Origin: Candidatus Altiarchaeota archaeon
GTDB taxonomy: Archaea > Altiarchaeota > Altiarchaeia > IMC4 > QMZM01
Assembly (NCBI GenBank): GCA_016931955.1
Contig: JAFGDV010000022.1
Span: forward strand, 1-64,000
Direction of reading: 5' to 3'
Length of the DNA stretch: 64,000 bases
In this document: one piece after another, positions 1 through 9,734 of the stretch
How the letters are laid out: each line of letters opens with the position of its first letter
Numbering within the stretch: the first letter of the stretch is position 1
Translations under genes and position numbers: made by a program
The notes under the pieces: model-generated
What the model was told of the DNA's origin: nothing
Databases searched by the model: none
Seen by the model: only the letters and a program-made list of their open reading frames with translations

Positions 1-1
1 G

Positions 2-3000
2 AAACCAACAAAGAAACTACTCCAAGATGAGTGGATGAATGGAGGTAAAGATGCTGCGGGTGAATTAGTCGATAACTATGTGACCTCCCCAATATTTAAA
101 CGTATTTTAAAAGATCCGTTAAAGGGCGGGATAGTTTCTACGATTGTTGTGGACACAACACAAGCTTTAACTGAACCAGAGGAACTATTCACAACAGAAG
201 GTCAAACTAAATATACCATAGACCTAGCATCGGGTATTGCACTTGTATATTTTGGATTAGGCCCTGAAGTGGCAATACCTGTCTTCATCGTGAAGCAATA
301 TGTATTTTATGAAATAGATGAGAACAAACGCTGTGCATATACTGCAACAGACGACTTGGTTGTAGTAGTTAATGCGGAGCCTGGTGTTTGGCCTGAAATT
401 GAGTGTGACACCTCATTAGCACCCGAGGACTGTAATGTGAATGGTCTACGTGTTCATTTTTCCTGTCAACCCCCTAGAGAAGTGGGGATATTCAATTATG
501 GTGACACATTAGAGGATGCTAGCATTACGGTGACAGATTTGTATGACATCTCAACATGTAAGCAGATTCTAACAGAACCTGAGTACTTCTCCGAAAGCTT
601 TGAATTGTATAGCTCAGAAGAAGAAATGAGCTGCTTTGCGACGTTAAGACGTACCGACAACAGTGATTTCATTGACTACGCATTATTGAGATATGGTGCG
701 GTGACAATAGGAGGTAGTAAACTATGCTATCATGCACCACACTTAAAAACACTAACGACAAAATACCCAATAATACGGGAGACAAAATATATCGGGACAG
801 GTTATCCTGGCGACAACGTTGCAGTATCCTTAGAAATCTACGACGACCAGGACAGTATCAGAGGGGATTCTACCTTTATCAATTGGACGCATAATGGCAT
901 TGCACATAGTGCAGACATAATAAGAGGAACTTATCCTTCCTGGGAGGGAGACATACCGATACCATTAAATGCTGCTGATGGTGACACAATAAATTTCCAA
1001 ATCCAGGTCACAGACACAGAATACCATAAGACTGTTGACGACAACGACCAGCGTATGTATCAAATTATGGTCGTCGAGGATACTGATTTTGGTGGTGATG
1101 TCTCTGATATCAAAGCGGATGCTTACTGGGTTTCTCCTTCGGCTTTTATGAGAAGTGGTTGGTTGTGGCCTCAGCCGGATGAGGTCTTCGGTTCAGAAGA
1201 GGACTGGTATAAAGTGTACATAGAAAAAGGTAAGCATTATGTCGTAGACGTTAATGCGAGCAAGCCGATTGTCGTCAGATTAGATAAGCCGAACGCAGCT
1301 ACCGAAAAACTAACCTTATTCAATCAGGGAAGCATCAACTTCGAATACGACAGCTCAGGCTTCCTGTATCTCGGCTTCGAACCGAGGAGAATAAGCGACT
1401 ACGGCATGAACTACAGCTTCAGAGTCACAGAAAGCGGCACAAAATGGGTCGAACCCTACAGCATGTCAGTCGACTATTACACGCCCTTCAAGAGATACTT
1501 CACACACGTATGTTCGGGAACGGAGACATATTCATGCCTAGGAAGCCAAGTAATGGGTGTCCACGACGTATTATCGTACATCGAAGATTTTGACGGCTAC
1601 GACCCTAATAGTCTAACACCAGGCGATAATTTATACTTTGACATATACGAGGCAGAAGACTGCAACGGTGATGAAAAAGAATACGTGGATGTGAATGTTG
1701 CATTCTACCCATACACAGGCTATGGCGGAGTAACAGTACGGTATATTCAACCAGTAATAAACTCAGAAGGGGATTATGACTGCGATAAGACAACTATTAA
1801 CACGTTCGTATCTGATTACAACACCCAATACTTCACCGCACGTGTACCAATCCCTGAAGAAGATGGAGTATATTATGTAGAGATGAGGGTTGATTACCAA
1901 GTCAGCCCCACATTGCTCCACGCCACGTACACCGAGCCCTTCGCGTTTAACTTTGACGTCAGACAAGCACCAACCTTGAATAACTTCAGCACGAACATAG
2001 GATATAATTCAGTTGTCTTGACTGCAGATGTAAGTGATGACGAAGGATTGGATACTGCAGAATTCTACTTCGACTACGATCTCATATGCACAAAAAGCCT
2101 GAGCGGGAAGCACAATAGTGTCTCATGCACGGTAGACACCTCCAGCCTCACAGACAACACAAACTACAACGCCTACATTAAAGTATACGACGAAGAATCC
2201 AGCTACTTCAAGTCAGGAAAAATATACCCCACAGTCCGAAACGACTTAGAGAAACCCATAATCCTGTCGACTTATGTATTGCCGACGGAGAACGGCGAAG
2301 CCTATAATAACAACGTTAGTGGAACAGTGATGCTCACGGTCTCAACCTACGACACAGAAGGCGGAGCAAACAATATACAGTGGTACAGAGACGGAGTAGG
2401 TATTGGTTCTGGAGCGGCTTTGAACTGGACAACGACTTCTACAAGTGATGGCCTACACAATATTAGAGTCGACATCTCAGATCTGTTTGGAAACACTGAA
2501 ACCCAAGCATTCACTGTAAACGTGGACAACACCCAGCCAGCAATCTCGGACACAGTCCCAGAAGACGGAGACATACTGGAGGGGATAGTGGACCTACGAG
2601 TTAACGTCACAGATTCAGGCTCAGCGTTAAGTGAAGTCGAATGGTATCTTGGAACAACAAAAATCGGTTCCGGGACAAGAACCATCTGGGGCAGCTCCGG
2701 ATTAGATGGAGACTATACGTTGACTGTGAATGTCACCGATTTAGTAGGAAACACCCAAAGCAGAGACATATATGTTACAATAATAAGCCCTGATCTGTCA
2801 ATAAATGAAAGCGAGTTTTCAGTCACAGACAACAACATAACAGCAGTAGTCCGCAACCTAGGAAGCGCCAACGCAACAGACGTTAATATATCATTCTACG
2901 CAGGAAACGAATCATTCAGCTCAGAGATAATCAACCTCACAGCAGGAGAAAGCCAGACATTATTTGTGGAATACAACACAACAGGAAAAGACATCATCGT

Positions 3001-3550
3001 AGTAGCTGACCCATACGACTGGATCACAGAAGTCAGCGAAAGAAACAACTACGTTATAAGAAAATACACACCCTGCCCGTCTGGTGGTTTTATTGGGTGT
3101 AATATGACGTATTGTTGCGGTGCTGTGGATGGTGTTTGTCCGTTGGATTTTGACTGGGTGGAGTGTGGTGTTAGTGACCCGGATTGTCCCGTGGTCTGCA
3201 CTGAGGGGGGTTTCTCGGCGTGCGGCGTAGACTACTGCTGCGGTGTCGTGGATGGAATATGCCCAGAAGACTTTGATGGGGTGAATTGTACGGCTAACGA
3301 CCCCGACTGCGTCCAGGGATGCGCTAATGGAGGATTCTCGGCGTGCGGCGTAGACTACTGCTGCGGCGCCTCTGACGGCATTTGTCCCACAGACTTCGAC
3401 AACGTAGACTGCTCAGTCTGGGATCCAGACTGCTCTCCTGGAGGGATATCAACCTGCCAGGGAGTCTACCTCTGCGGCGAAATAGATGGAATCTGTCCCG
3501 AAGACTTCGACGATGTCTCATGCTCAACATTCGATGTTGACTGCGTCTAA
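2..3550 (+). CDS. Large modular cell-surface protein, 5'-truncated by the window (PPC-like, Ig-like and CARDB domains, four C-terminal Cys-rich repeats)
   Basis: Frame is open from base 2 to the listed ATG at 35. Motifs: EEDWYKV (PPC-like), VDNTQPAI and VTDLVGN (Ig-like), PDLSI..VRNLGS..VADPYDWITEVSERNN (CARDB), 4x CG..DG.CP.DFD.V.C...D.DC. Confidence 0.7.
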   Translation, partial: KPTKKLLQDEWMNGGKDAAGELVDNYVTSPIFKRILKDPLKGGIVSTIVVDTTQALTEPEELFTTEGQTKYTIDLASGIALVYFGLGPEVAIPVFIVKQYVFYEIDENKRCAYTATDDLVVVVNAEPGVWPEIECDTSLAPEDCNVNGLRVHFSCQPPREVGIFNYGDTLEDASITVTDLYDISTCKQILTEPEYFSESFELYSSEEEMSCFATLRRTDNSDFIDYALLRYGAVTIGGSKLCYHAPHLKTLTTKYPIIRETKYIGTGYPGDNVAVSLEIYDDQDSIRGDSTFINWTHNGIAHSADIIRGTYPSWEGDIPIPLNAADGDTINFQIQVTDTEYHKTVDDNDQRMYQIMVVEDTDFGGDVSDIKADAYWVSPSAFMRSGWLWPQPDEVFGSEEDWYKVYIEKGKHYVVDVNASKPIVVRLDKPNAATEKLTLFNQGSINFEYDSSGFLYLGFEPRRISDYGMNYSFRVTESGTKWVEPYSMSVDYYTPFKRYFTHVCSGTETYSCLGSQVMGVHDVLSYIEDFDGYDPNSLTPGDNLYFDIYEAEDCNGDEKEYVDVNVAFYPYTGYGGVTVRYIQPVINSEGDYDCDKTTINTFVSDYNTQYFTARVPIPEEDGVYYVEMRVDYQVSPTLLHATYTEPFAFNFDVRQAPTLNNFSTNIGYNSVVLTADVSDDEGLDTAEFYFDYDLICTKSLSGKHNSVSCTVDTSSLTDNTNYNAYIKVYDEESSYFKSGKIYPTVRNDLEKPIILSTYVLPTENGEAYNNNVSGTVMLTVSTYDTEGGANNIQWYRDGVGIGSGAALNWTTTSTSDGLHNIRVDISDLFGNTETQAFTVNVDNTQPAISDTVPEDGDILEGIVDLRVNVTDSGSALSEVEWYLGTTKIGSGTRTIWGSSGLDGDYTLTVNVTDLVGNTQSRDIYVTIISPDLSINESEFSVTDNNITAVVRNLGSANATDVNISFYAGNESFSSEIINLTAGESQTLFVEYNTTGKDIIVVADPYDWITEVSERNNYVIRKYTPCPSGGFIGCNMTYCCGAVDGVCPLDFDWVECGVSDPDCPVVCTEGGFSACGVDYCCGVVDGICPEDFDGVNCTANDPDCVQGCANGGFSACGVDYCCGASDGICPTDFDNVDCSVWDPDCSPGGISTCQGVYLCGEIDGICPEDFDDVSCSTFDVDCV

Positions 3551-3574
3551 AAAAAATGAGGTAAAAAAAAAACG

Positions 3575-4981
3575 ATGAAAACAAACAAAAAAATTGCAAT
3601 AGGAGCGGCATTGACGACGCTCTCGGTAGTCTTATTGCTTAGCTCGGGCCTATTAACAGCCCAAACAGCACCCTGGCTCACCGGATGGGAGTACCGGAAA
3701 CTCATCACCTTAAATAAAACCGTATCAAATGGATTTCAAGTATTGCTTAATGTAACCTATGACAGCGACATGCAAAGCGATTTCGACGATCTACGTTTTA
3801 CAAACTATGCTGAAGACACGGAATTGGATTATTGGATAGAATACAAAGTAGATGGTTCATACGCTGATGTTTGGGTTGAGATGGAAAACAGCGATAAACT
3901 TTATATGTACTATGATAATGACGGTGTTAGTACTACTTCAGATTGTGGTTCTGTTATGGAGATTTGTGATACATTTGATAGGGCAGATAATATGACTGTT
4001 GGTAATGGTTGGACTGAATCAAGCGGTGCTTTTTCAATAAACTCAAATAGGCTTAACGGTATTGGTGATGGCATCGGTGCGGATGATGTGTATAAGTCTT
4101 ATGGCACTTTTTCAGGACTTTATACCTACGTGGTAAAGTTTGGTTATAAGCCTTCGACAAATGGGAGGTCGGCTTTTGGTTATTCTAAGGCTATGACTAC
4201 TCCTCAACTTGGTTGGAATCTTGCAGAGACGGGATATATACAGTATTTAGATGACGAAGGATGGCACAACTATGATACTTATTCTGCTTCTACTTGGTAT
4301 ATTCTCCGTCTTGATATTGATACGTCTTCCAATTCAGGAGATTACTACGTCAACGGCGTCTCTGTTGCATCTGATTGTGGGTATTATTATGACTCAACCG
4401 ACCCTACTATATGGGATATGTATTTTTATTATAGTTATCCTACAGCATATACAGATTATGTTTATATTCGGGAATATATATCCACTATGCCTTCCGCTGA
4501 TTTTGGAAGTGAAGAATCCCAGAATAGTGCGCCTGTGCTTGTGAGCCGGGAACTGTATCCTGCTTCGCCGACTGATGGAGACGACCTCGCACTGAACATG
4601 AAGTGCTCAGACACGGACACAGGAGACACATTGACAGCATACTGGACGTGCTACAAAAATGGTGTAGAACAAGGCAGCTACACCGGATCTATGACAGTAA
4701 CAAACAACGTAGACACACAAGTGGAGACAATATCGAATACGGATACAGCACCAGGAGAACAATGGCAGTGCAGCGTCTACTGCGGCGACGGAAAAACGAA
4801 TACTGCGACTGCAAGCACATCAGTGAGGACAATAGGAGGAGGATGCAGCATAGGAGCAGACTGCAGCCAATGCACAGGATGGGTTTATGTGACAACACTA
4901 CAAGTACGAGACAGCAACGGAAACGGAAAACTCGACCAAATATGCTGCAACGGAATAGTTGAGGCAATAACACCTCTATAG
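3575..4981 (+). CDS. Secreted DUF2341-domain surface protein with lectin-like and Ig-like regions
   Basis: Signal peptide; WLTGWEYRKLIT..DMQSDFDDLRFT..LDYWIE..VWV..LYMYYDN is the DUF2341 pattern. Confidence 0.75.
   Translation: MKTNKKIAIGAALTTLSVVLLLSSGLLTAQTAPWLTGWEYRKLITLNKTVSNGFQVLLNVTYDSDMQSDFDDLRFTNYAEDTELDYWIEYKVDGSYADVWVEMENSDKLYMYYDNDGVSTTSDCGSVMEICDTFDRADNMTVGNGWTESSGAFSINSNRLNGIGDGIGADDVYKSYGTFSGLYTYVVKFGYKPSTNGRSAFGYSKAMTTPQLGWNLAETGYIQYLDDEGWHNYDTYSASTWYILRLDIDTSSNSGDYYVNGVSVASDCGYYYDSTDPTIWDMYFYYSYPTAYTDYVYIREYISTMPSADFGSEESQNSAPVLVSRELYPASPTDGDDLALNMKCSDTDTGDTLTAYWTCYKNGVEQGSYTGSMTVTNNVDTQVETISNTDTAPGEQWQCSVYCGDGKTNTATASTSVRTIGGGCSIGADCSQCTGWVYVTTLQVRDSNGNGKLDQICCNGIVEAITPL
4937..4964 (+). 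repeat. 28-bp direct repeat, copy 1 (3' end of the DUF2341 gene)
   Basis: CAAATATGCTGCAACGGAATAGTTGAGG, identical at 5769-5796. Confidence 0.95.
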
Positions 4982-5013
4982 AGTATTTATTGGTGGAATC
5001 CAAGAGTATAGTA

Positions 5014-5253
5014 ATGGCCGAGATGAACATAGTCTACGAAAAAATAAAACCCACAGGGGAGATAAGAATACCCAAAAGCATCCTAGCAAAACTGGGATTG
5101 AAAAGCGGAGAAAAAGTAAGACTCAAACTCACAGGCAAAAAAGTGCTGATAGAACCGATTAAGGATCCTATAAAGGCACTAAGGGGTATGTTAAAACTGG
5201 ATAAAAAAACCGCCAAAGAAATAATCGAATCCCCCGAATTCGAGCCAACATGA
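5014..5253 (+). CDS. AbrB/MazE/SpoVT-family antitoxin
   Basis: GEIRIPKSILAKLGLKSGEKV swapped-hairpin motif; ATGA overlap with the downstream PIN gene. Confidence 0.85.
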   Translation: MAEMNIVYEKIKPTGEIRIPKSILAKLGLKSGEKVRLKLTGKKVLIEPIKDPIKALRGMLKLDKKTAKEIIESPEFEPT

Positions 5254-5752
5254 AACTAGGAGAACTGCCCAAAGGCGAAAAAGTTTTCATAGACGCCAAC
5301 ATATTCCTCTCAGAAATCTTCGACGAACAAGAAACAGCAGACGAATGCATGAAATTCCTTGAAAGAATCAAAAACGCAGAATTAAAAGGATACCCCCCCC
5401 ATACTGGTTCTCAACGAAGTCTTCCATAAAACCGCTATTGCCCAAGTCCATAAATCATTTAATATCCCACCATCAAAGACCACCACATTCCTAAAAAAAC
5501 AATCCAAACAAACTCAAATCCCTAGACAAACCCTGGGAAGCCATAAGAAACATAATAAGAATACCCAACCTGACCACACTAGAAATTAACGAAAACACAT
5601 TTTTAACAGGATTAAAACTCTCCAAATTACACGGACTCCTATCCAACGACTCACTACACCTCGCAGCCATGAAAATCCATGAAATAAAAAACCTAGCCTC
5701 CAACGACCAAGACTTCAAACGAGTGAACTGGATAAAACAATACGCACCCTAA
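5250..5752 (+). pseudogene. vapC: PIN-domain (VapC) toxin broken by two +1 frameshifts in homopolymer runs
   Basis: KVFIDANIF, then ILVLNEVFHK, then GLLSNDSLHLAAM..LASNDQDF lie in three successive frames; shifts at C8 (5393-5400) and A7 (5493-5499). Confidence 0.8.
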
Positions 5753-5768
5753 CATGTGCGAACAAGAA

Positions 5769-5796
5769 CAAATATGCTGCAACGGAATAGTTGAGG
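5769..5796 (+). repeat. 28-bp direct repeat, copy 2 (duplicated gene end, EQICCNGIVEGIVPL*)
   Basis: Identical to 4937-4964; imperfect similarity continues to the TAA at 5811-5813. Confidence 0.95.
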
Positions 5797-5883
5797 GGAT
5801 AGTCCCCCTCTAATTTTTTTCTTACATTTTTATATCTGTATTACTATATTATATTGTATTACTTTTTCTCAGAGGTAGGAAAA

Positions 5884-6105
5884 ATGTTTGAGACAACGAT
5901 CATGACAGAGAAAGGACAGATAGTCATCAAAAAAGCATTAAGAGAAAAACTGAAGCTGAAGCCCGGACAAAAACTCATAGAAGAAATAGAAGAAAACAAG
6001 ATAATACTGAAGCCTATGCCAACACTAAAAGAACTCAGAGACAGAGTAAAGATAAAGGAATCAACAGACGAAATCATGAAGGAGATAAAGAAGGGATGGG
6101 AATGA
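5884..6105 (+). CDS. AbrB/MazE/SpoVT-family antitoxin
   Basis: MTEKGQIVIKKALREKLKLKPGQKL; GAGGT ribosome-binding site upstream. Confidence 0.85.
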   Translation: MFETTIMTEKGQIVIKKALREKLKLKPGQKLIEEIEENKIILKPMPTLKELRDRVKIKESTDEIMKEIKKGWE

Positions 6106-6467
6106 AATACGTGGCAGACACCTACGCCCTCATAGAATGGTACCTCAGAGGAAACCCCAGATATGAGGGATATTTCCAAGAAAAAAACTATGTCACAACG
6201 CTAACACTACTAGAGTTCTACCACCTCACATACCATAGAACAGACAAAGAAACAGCCGACGCATTCTACTTACACATAACCAGAGACAACGAAACAGTGC
6301 ACCTAGACCACGATACAATAAAGGCTGCTGGAATACTCAAAGAGAAAAAAAAGCTGTCATATACTGATTCGGTGAACTACATCACATCAAAGACAAAAAA
6401 GACAAGGCTGCTGACCGGAGACGAAGACTTCAGAAACCTAAGAGAAGACATAGAATTCATCAAATAA
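6102..6467 (+). CDS. vapC: PIN-domain (VapC) toxin
   Basis: YVADTYA..TLLEFY..LSYTDS..LLTGDEDF acidic PIN motifs; ATGA-coupled to the antitoxin. Confidence 0.85.
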   Translation: MKYVADTYALIEWYLRGNPRYEGYFQEKNYVTTLTLLEFYHLTYHRTDKETADAFYLHITRDNETVHLDHDTIKAAGILKEKKKLSYTDSVNYITSKTKKTRLLTGDEDFRNLREDIEFIK

Positions 6468-6514
6468 AGGCGTTTTATACTACGTTTCCTAAAATAATTA
6501 TGTGAGGTAATAAG

Positions 6515-7414
6515 ATGACCACTTTGAGAGAATACCTGGACACGACATCATGCAAAGAAGATCTGAAGGAATTGATCGAGTTAATCGCCAGACAGGCTGA
6601 ACCGATAAGGAAGGCATTCATCACAAACCAAGAATATGTGGACACGGAAAACATCTACGGAGAAGAACAGATCGCGTTAGACAAATGGAGCAACAAACAC
6701 ATGATGGAGGTATTCAAAAAATCAAAACTGGTGAAAGCAGCAGCCTCCGAAGAAGAAGCTGAGATAATAAAATTCCCGGAAGCCAAGACAGAGTATGCGC
6801 TGACGATGGACCCACTAGACGGCAGCAGCCTAGTACAGGTGAACCTCGCAGTCGGCACAATAATCGGGATCTACGACAACGGAGAAGTCATGCAGCCCGG
6901 ACGAAACCTGAGGGCGGCAATGTATATGCTATACGGACCCATGACCGTCTTAGGTCTGACGGTCAAAGAAGGCGTCCACATATTCGCGATGAACGATGAA
7001 GGAGAATACCTGATGCTCGAAAAAGACGTCAGAATACCTGAAGGAGAACTATACGCAAGCGGCGCACTGAAGAAGGACTGGCTGCCCAAACACGCCAAGT
7101 TCATAGAAAAACTCGAAGAAGAAGGATACAAATTAAGGTATTCGGGATCATTCGTGGCAGACGTCCACCAGTACCTGAAATACGGGGGACTGTTTTCGTA
7201 TCCAGCATACAAAGGAAAGGAAACAGGGAAACTTCGACTACTATTTGAGGCAAACCCCATGGGTTATATAGTAACACAAGCAGGAGGCAGGATAAGCACG
7301 GGATATGCGGACATACTAGATATTATGCCGGAAAAAATAGACCACCGCGTTCCAATATACATAGGAAGCAAGGGCGTGATAGAAAGGCTGGAAAAAGAAT
7401 TCAAGGAGGAATAA
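6515..7414 (+). CDS. fbp: Fructose-1,6-bisphosphatase class I
   Basis: ASEE, DPLDGSS, RYSGSFVADVH, GKLRLLFEANP motifs. Confidence 0.95.
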   Translation: MTTLREYLDTTSCKEDLKELIELIARQAEPIRKAFITNQEYVDTENIYGEEQIALDKWSNKHMMEVFKKSKLVKAAASEEEAEIIKFPEAKTEYALTMDPLDGSSLVQVNLAVGTIIGIYDNGEVMQPGRNLRAAMYMLYGPMTVLGLTVKEGVHIFAMNDEGEYLMLEKDVRIPEGELYASGALKKDWLPKHAKFIEKLEEEGYKLRYSGSFVADVHQYLKYGGLFSYPAYKGKETGKLRLLFEANPMGYIVTQAGGRISTGYADILDIMPEKIDHRVPIYIGSKGVIERLEKEFKEE

Positions 7415-7419
7415 AAAAA

Positions 7420-8538
7420 ATGGCCAAACCGATCTCAGGAAAAAAACTATTCAACGGAGTAAGAGACAAGGACTGCATCGTGATGGCAGCCAACACAAGA
7501 TACATTCCAGGCGCAGCGGAGGGGATACTGAAGGCGGCGAAGGATACTAATACGCCGGTGATCATGGAGATAGCACGCTCCGAATGCGACCTGAAGGGCG
7601 GATACACAGGATATACGCCGGCGGAATACGCGAAGAGGATGGTTAAGGCAGCAGACAAAGTAGGATGGGACAAGTGGGTACTGCACGCAGACCACATCTC
7701 AGTGACGGACGGAAGCCCGGAGACCATACAGGGGACAAAAGACCTGGTGGCGGCGCAAATAGACGCAGGATTCACGTCCTATGCAATAGACGCCTCACAC
7801 ATATTCAACTTCGAAGGAAAAAACGAAAAAGAAGAGCTAGAAGGGAATATAAAGGCGACGATAGAGATCGCTGAATACATAACAGAAAAGATGGAGGAGG
7901 GGGGGATAGGATCCTACGGCCTCGAAGTAGAAGTCGGAGAAGTCGGACGAAAAGACGACAAAGGATTCATGCTGACTACGGCAAAACAGGCAACAACCTT
8001 CATCTCAGAACTGAATAAGGCAGGTATAAAACCAGATACTCTGGCGATAGCCAATGGATCCACTCATGGAAACATCTACGACGAAAGAGGCGTGAAAATA
8101 GAGCAGGTGTCGATAGACATCCCAAGGACAAAGGAGATCGCGCAGGCATTAAGGAACATGGGAAGCCCCGTCAGGGTAGCACAACACGGCATCACCGGAA
8201 CCCCGCTGCACTTGATTGCGACACAGTTCCCGAAGGGAGATGTCATAAAAGGCAACGTTGGAACCTTCTGGCAGGACATTGTATTCGAAGTCTTGAAAGT
8301 GTACGAAATAGACCTCTACGATAGGATACAGGAATGGGTTCTGAAAACATACGCCGGCAAGGGGAAAAGCGACGAAGAAATATTCGGCAAAAACTCAAAA
8401 TACGCCTTCAAGCAGTTCTTCAGAGAGATACATGCCATGAGAGAAGAAACTATTGCGGCCATAGAAGCCCAAGCCTATGCGAGCGCCTTGATGTTCTACA
8501 AAGCATTCGGCTCAAAGGGTAAAGGCGGCCTCATATAG
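7420..8538 (+). CDS. fba: Fructose-bisphosphate aldolase class II
   Basis: LHADH, DASH, EVEVGEVG, LAIANGSTHG, AQHGITG, KGNVGT motifs. Confidence 0.9.
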   Translation: MAKPISGKKLFNGVRDKDCIVMAANTRYIPGAAEGILKAAKDTNTPVIMEIARSECDLKGGYTGYTPAEYAKRMVKAADKVGWDKWVLHADHISVTDGSPETIQGTKDLVAAQIDAGFTSYAIDASHIFNFEGKNEKEELEGNIKATIEIAEYITEKMEEGGIGSYGLEVEVGEVGRKDDKGFMLTTAKQATTFISELNKAGIKPDTLAIANGSTHGNIYDERGVKIEQVSIDIPRTKEIAQALRNMGSPVRVAQHGITGTPLHLIATQFPKGDVIKGNVGTFWQDIVFEVLKVYEIDLYDRIQEWVLKTYAGKGKSDEEIFGKNSKYAFKQFFREIHAMREETIAAIEAQAYASALMFYKAFGSKGKGGLI

Positions 8539-8551
8539 GGAGGGGGAGTGG

Positions 8552-9646
8552 ATGAATGTGAGAACCACCATAAGCATAATAAAGGCAGACATTGGAAGCA
8601 TCGGAGGGCACACAAAGCCCTCAGATGAGGTGATGGAGTACTGCAAGAAAAACCTGGAACAAGAAAAAGGGAAACTACTGATAGACTGCTACGTCACACG
8701 CTGCGGAGACGACATAGAACTGTTGATGACCCACGAAAAGGGAGTGGATGCGAAAGAAATACACTCACTGGCTTGGAACACGTTCAAGGCCGGCGCGGAA
8801 AAGGCAAAAGAGCAGGGGCTGTATGGGGCAGGACAAGACCTTCTATCGGATGCTTTCTCGGGCAATGTCCGGGGGATGGGGCCAGGTATAGCTGAGATGG
8901 AAATCGAAGAACGGCCAGCTGAAGCATTCATAGCCTTCATGGCAGACAAAACAGAGGCATCAGCTTTCAATCTGCCACTGTATGAGATGTTCGCCAACCC
9001 CTTCAACACAGCCGGCCTAGTATTAGACCCTAAACTACACGAAGGATTCAAATTCGAGGTACACGACGTCAAAGGAAGCCGGAGAATAATATTCGACACA
9101 CCAGAAGAAGCATACGATCTACTGGCGTTGATAGGGTTAACAGACATATACGCGATAAAAAGCGTCTACAAGAAGTCTGGAGAAATAGCTGCAGTAGCAA
9201 GCACCGAAAAAGTGAACCTTATAGCGGGCAGATACGTGGGAAAAGACGACCCCGCCATGCTGGTAAGGTCGCAGTCAGGGTATCCAGCAACCGGGGAAGT
9301 AGTAGACCCCTTCGCAAGACCCTTCTACATCGCAGGATGGATGCGAGGAAGCCACCGCGGACCAATGATGCCCGTCGGCGAAAAAGACGCCAACCCGACG
9401 AGATTCGACGGACCACCAAGGATAATAGCGCTGGCATTCTCCCTCAAAGAAGGCAGACTAACCGGTCCAGTGGACGTTTTCGCTGACCCAGGATTCGACG
9501 ACGCCCGAAGACAGGCGAACGAGATGGCGAACTACATGAGACGCCATGGACCATTCCAGCCACACCTGCTACCGCCAGGAGAAATGGAGTACACAACGCT
9601 GCCAGGCGTGCTCAAGAAACTAGAAGATAGGTTTGAGAAAATCTAA
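8552..9646 (+). CDS. fbp: Bifunctional fructose-1,6-bisphosphate aldolase/phosphatase (class V FBPase)
   Basis: KADIGSIGGH, CGDDI, LYGAGQDLL, IAGRYVGKDDP, GWMRGSH, RFDGPPR motifs. Confidence 0.95.
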   Translation: MNVRTTISIIKADIGSIGGHTKPSDEVMEYCKKNLEQEKGKLLIDCYVTRCGDDIELLMTHEKGVDAKEIHSLAWNTFKAGAEKAKEQGLYGAGQDLLSDAFSGNVRGMGPGIAEMEIEERPAEAFIAFMADKTEASAFNLPLYEMFANPFNTAGLVLDPKLHEGFKFEVHDVKGSRRIIFDTPEEAYDLLALIGLTDIYAIKSVYKKSGEIAAVASTEKVNLIAGRYVGKDDPAMLVRSQSGYPATGEVVDPFARPFYIAGWMRGSHRGPMMPVGEKDANPTRFDGPPRIIALAFSLKEGRLTGPVDVFADPGFDDARRQANEMANYMRRHGPFQPHLLPPGEMEYTTLPGVLKKLEDRFEKI

Positions 9647-9723
9647 GGCGTTGGTGAACTGGAGGGAGAATTCGCCCACTGCGAATTCCCGTTTTTCTGC
9701 CAGCGCTTTTCTTAAAGGGGCTG
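9647..9723. repeat. Nested palindromic (REP-like) element or terminator between convergent genes
   Basis: GAATTCGC-CCACT-GCGAATTC hairpin plus CAGCGCTTTTCTTAAAGGGGCTG hairpin; a related GAATTCGCC..TGCGAATT occurs at ~60862-60882. Confidence 0.55.
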
Positions 9724-9734
9724 CGAGTTTCTTT

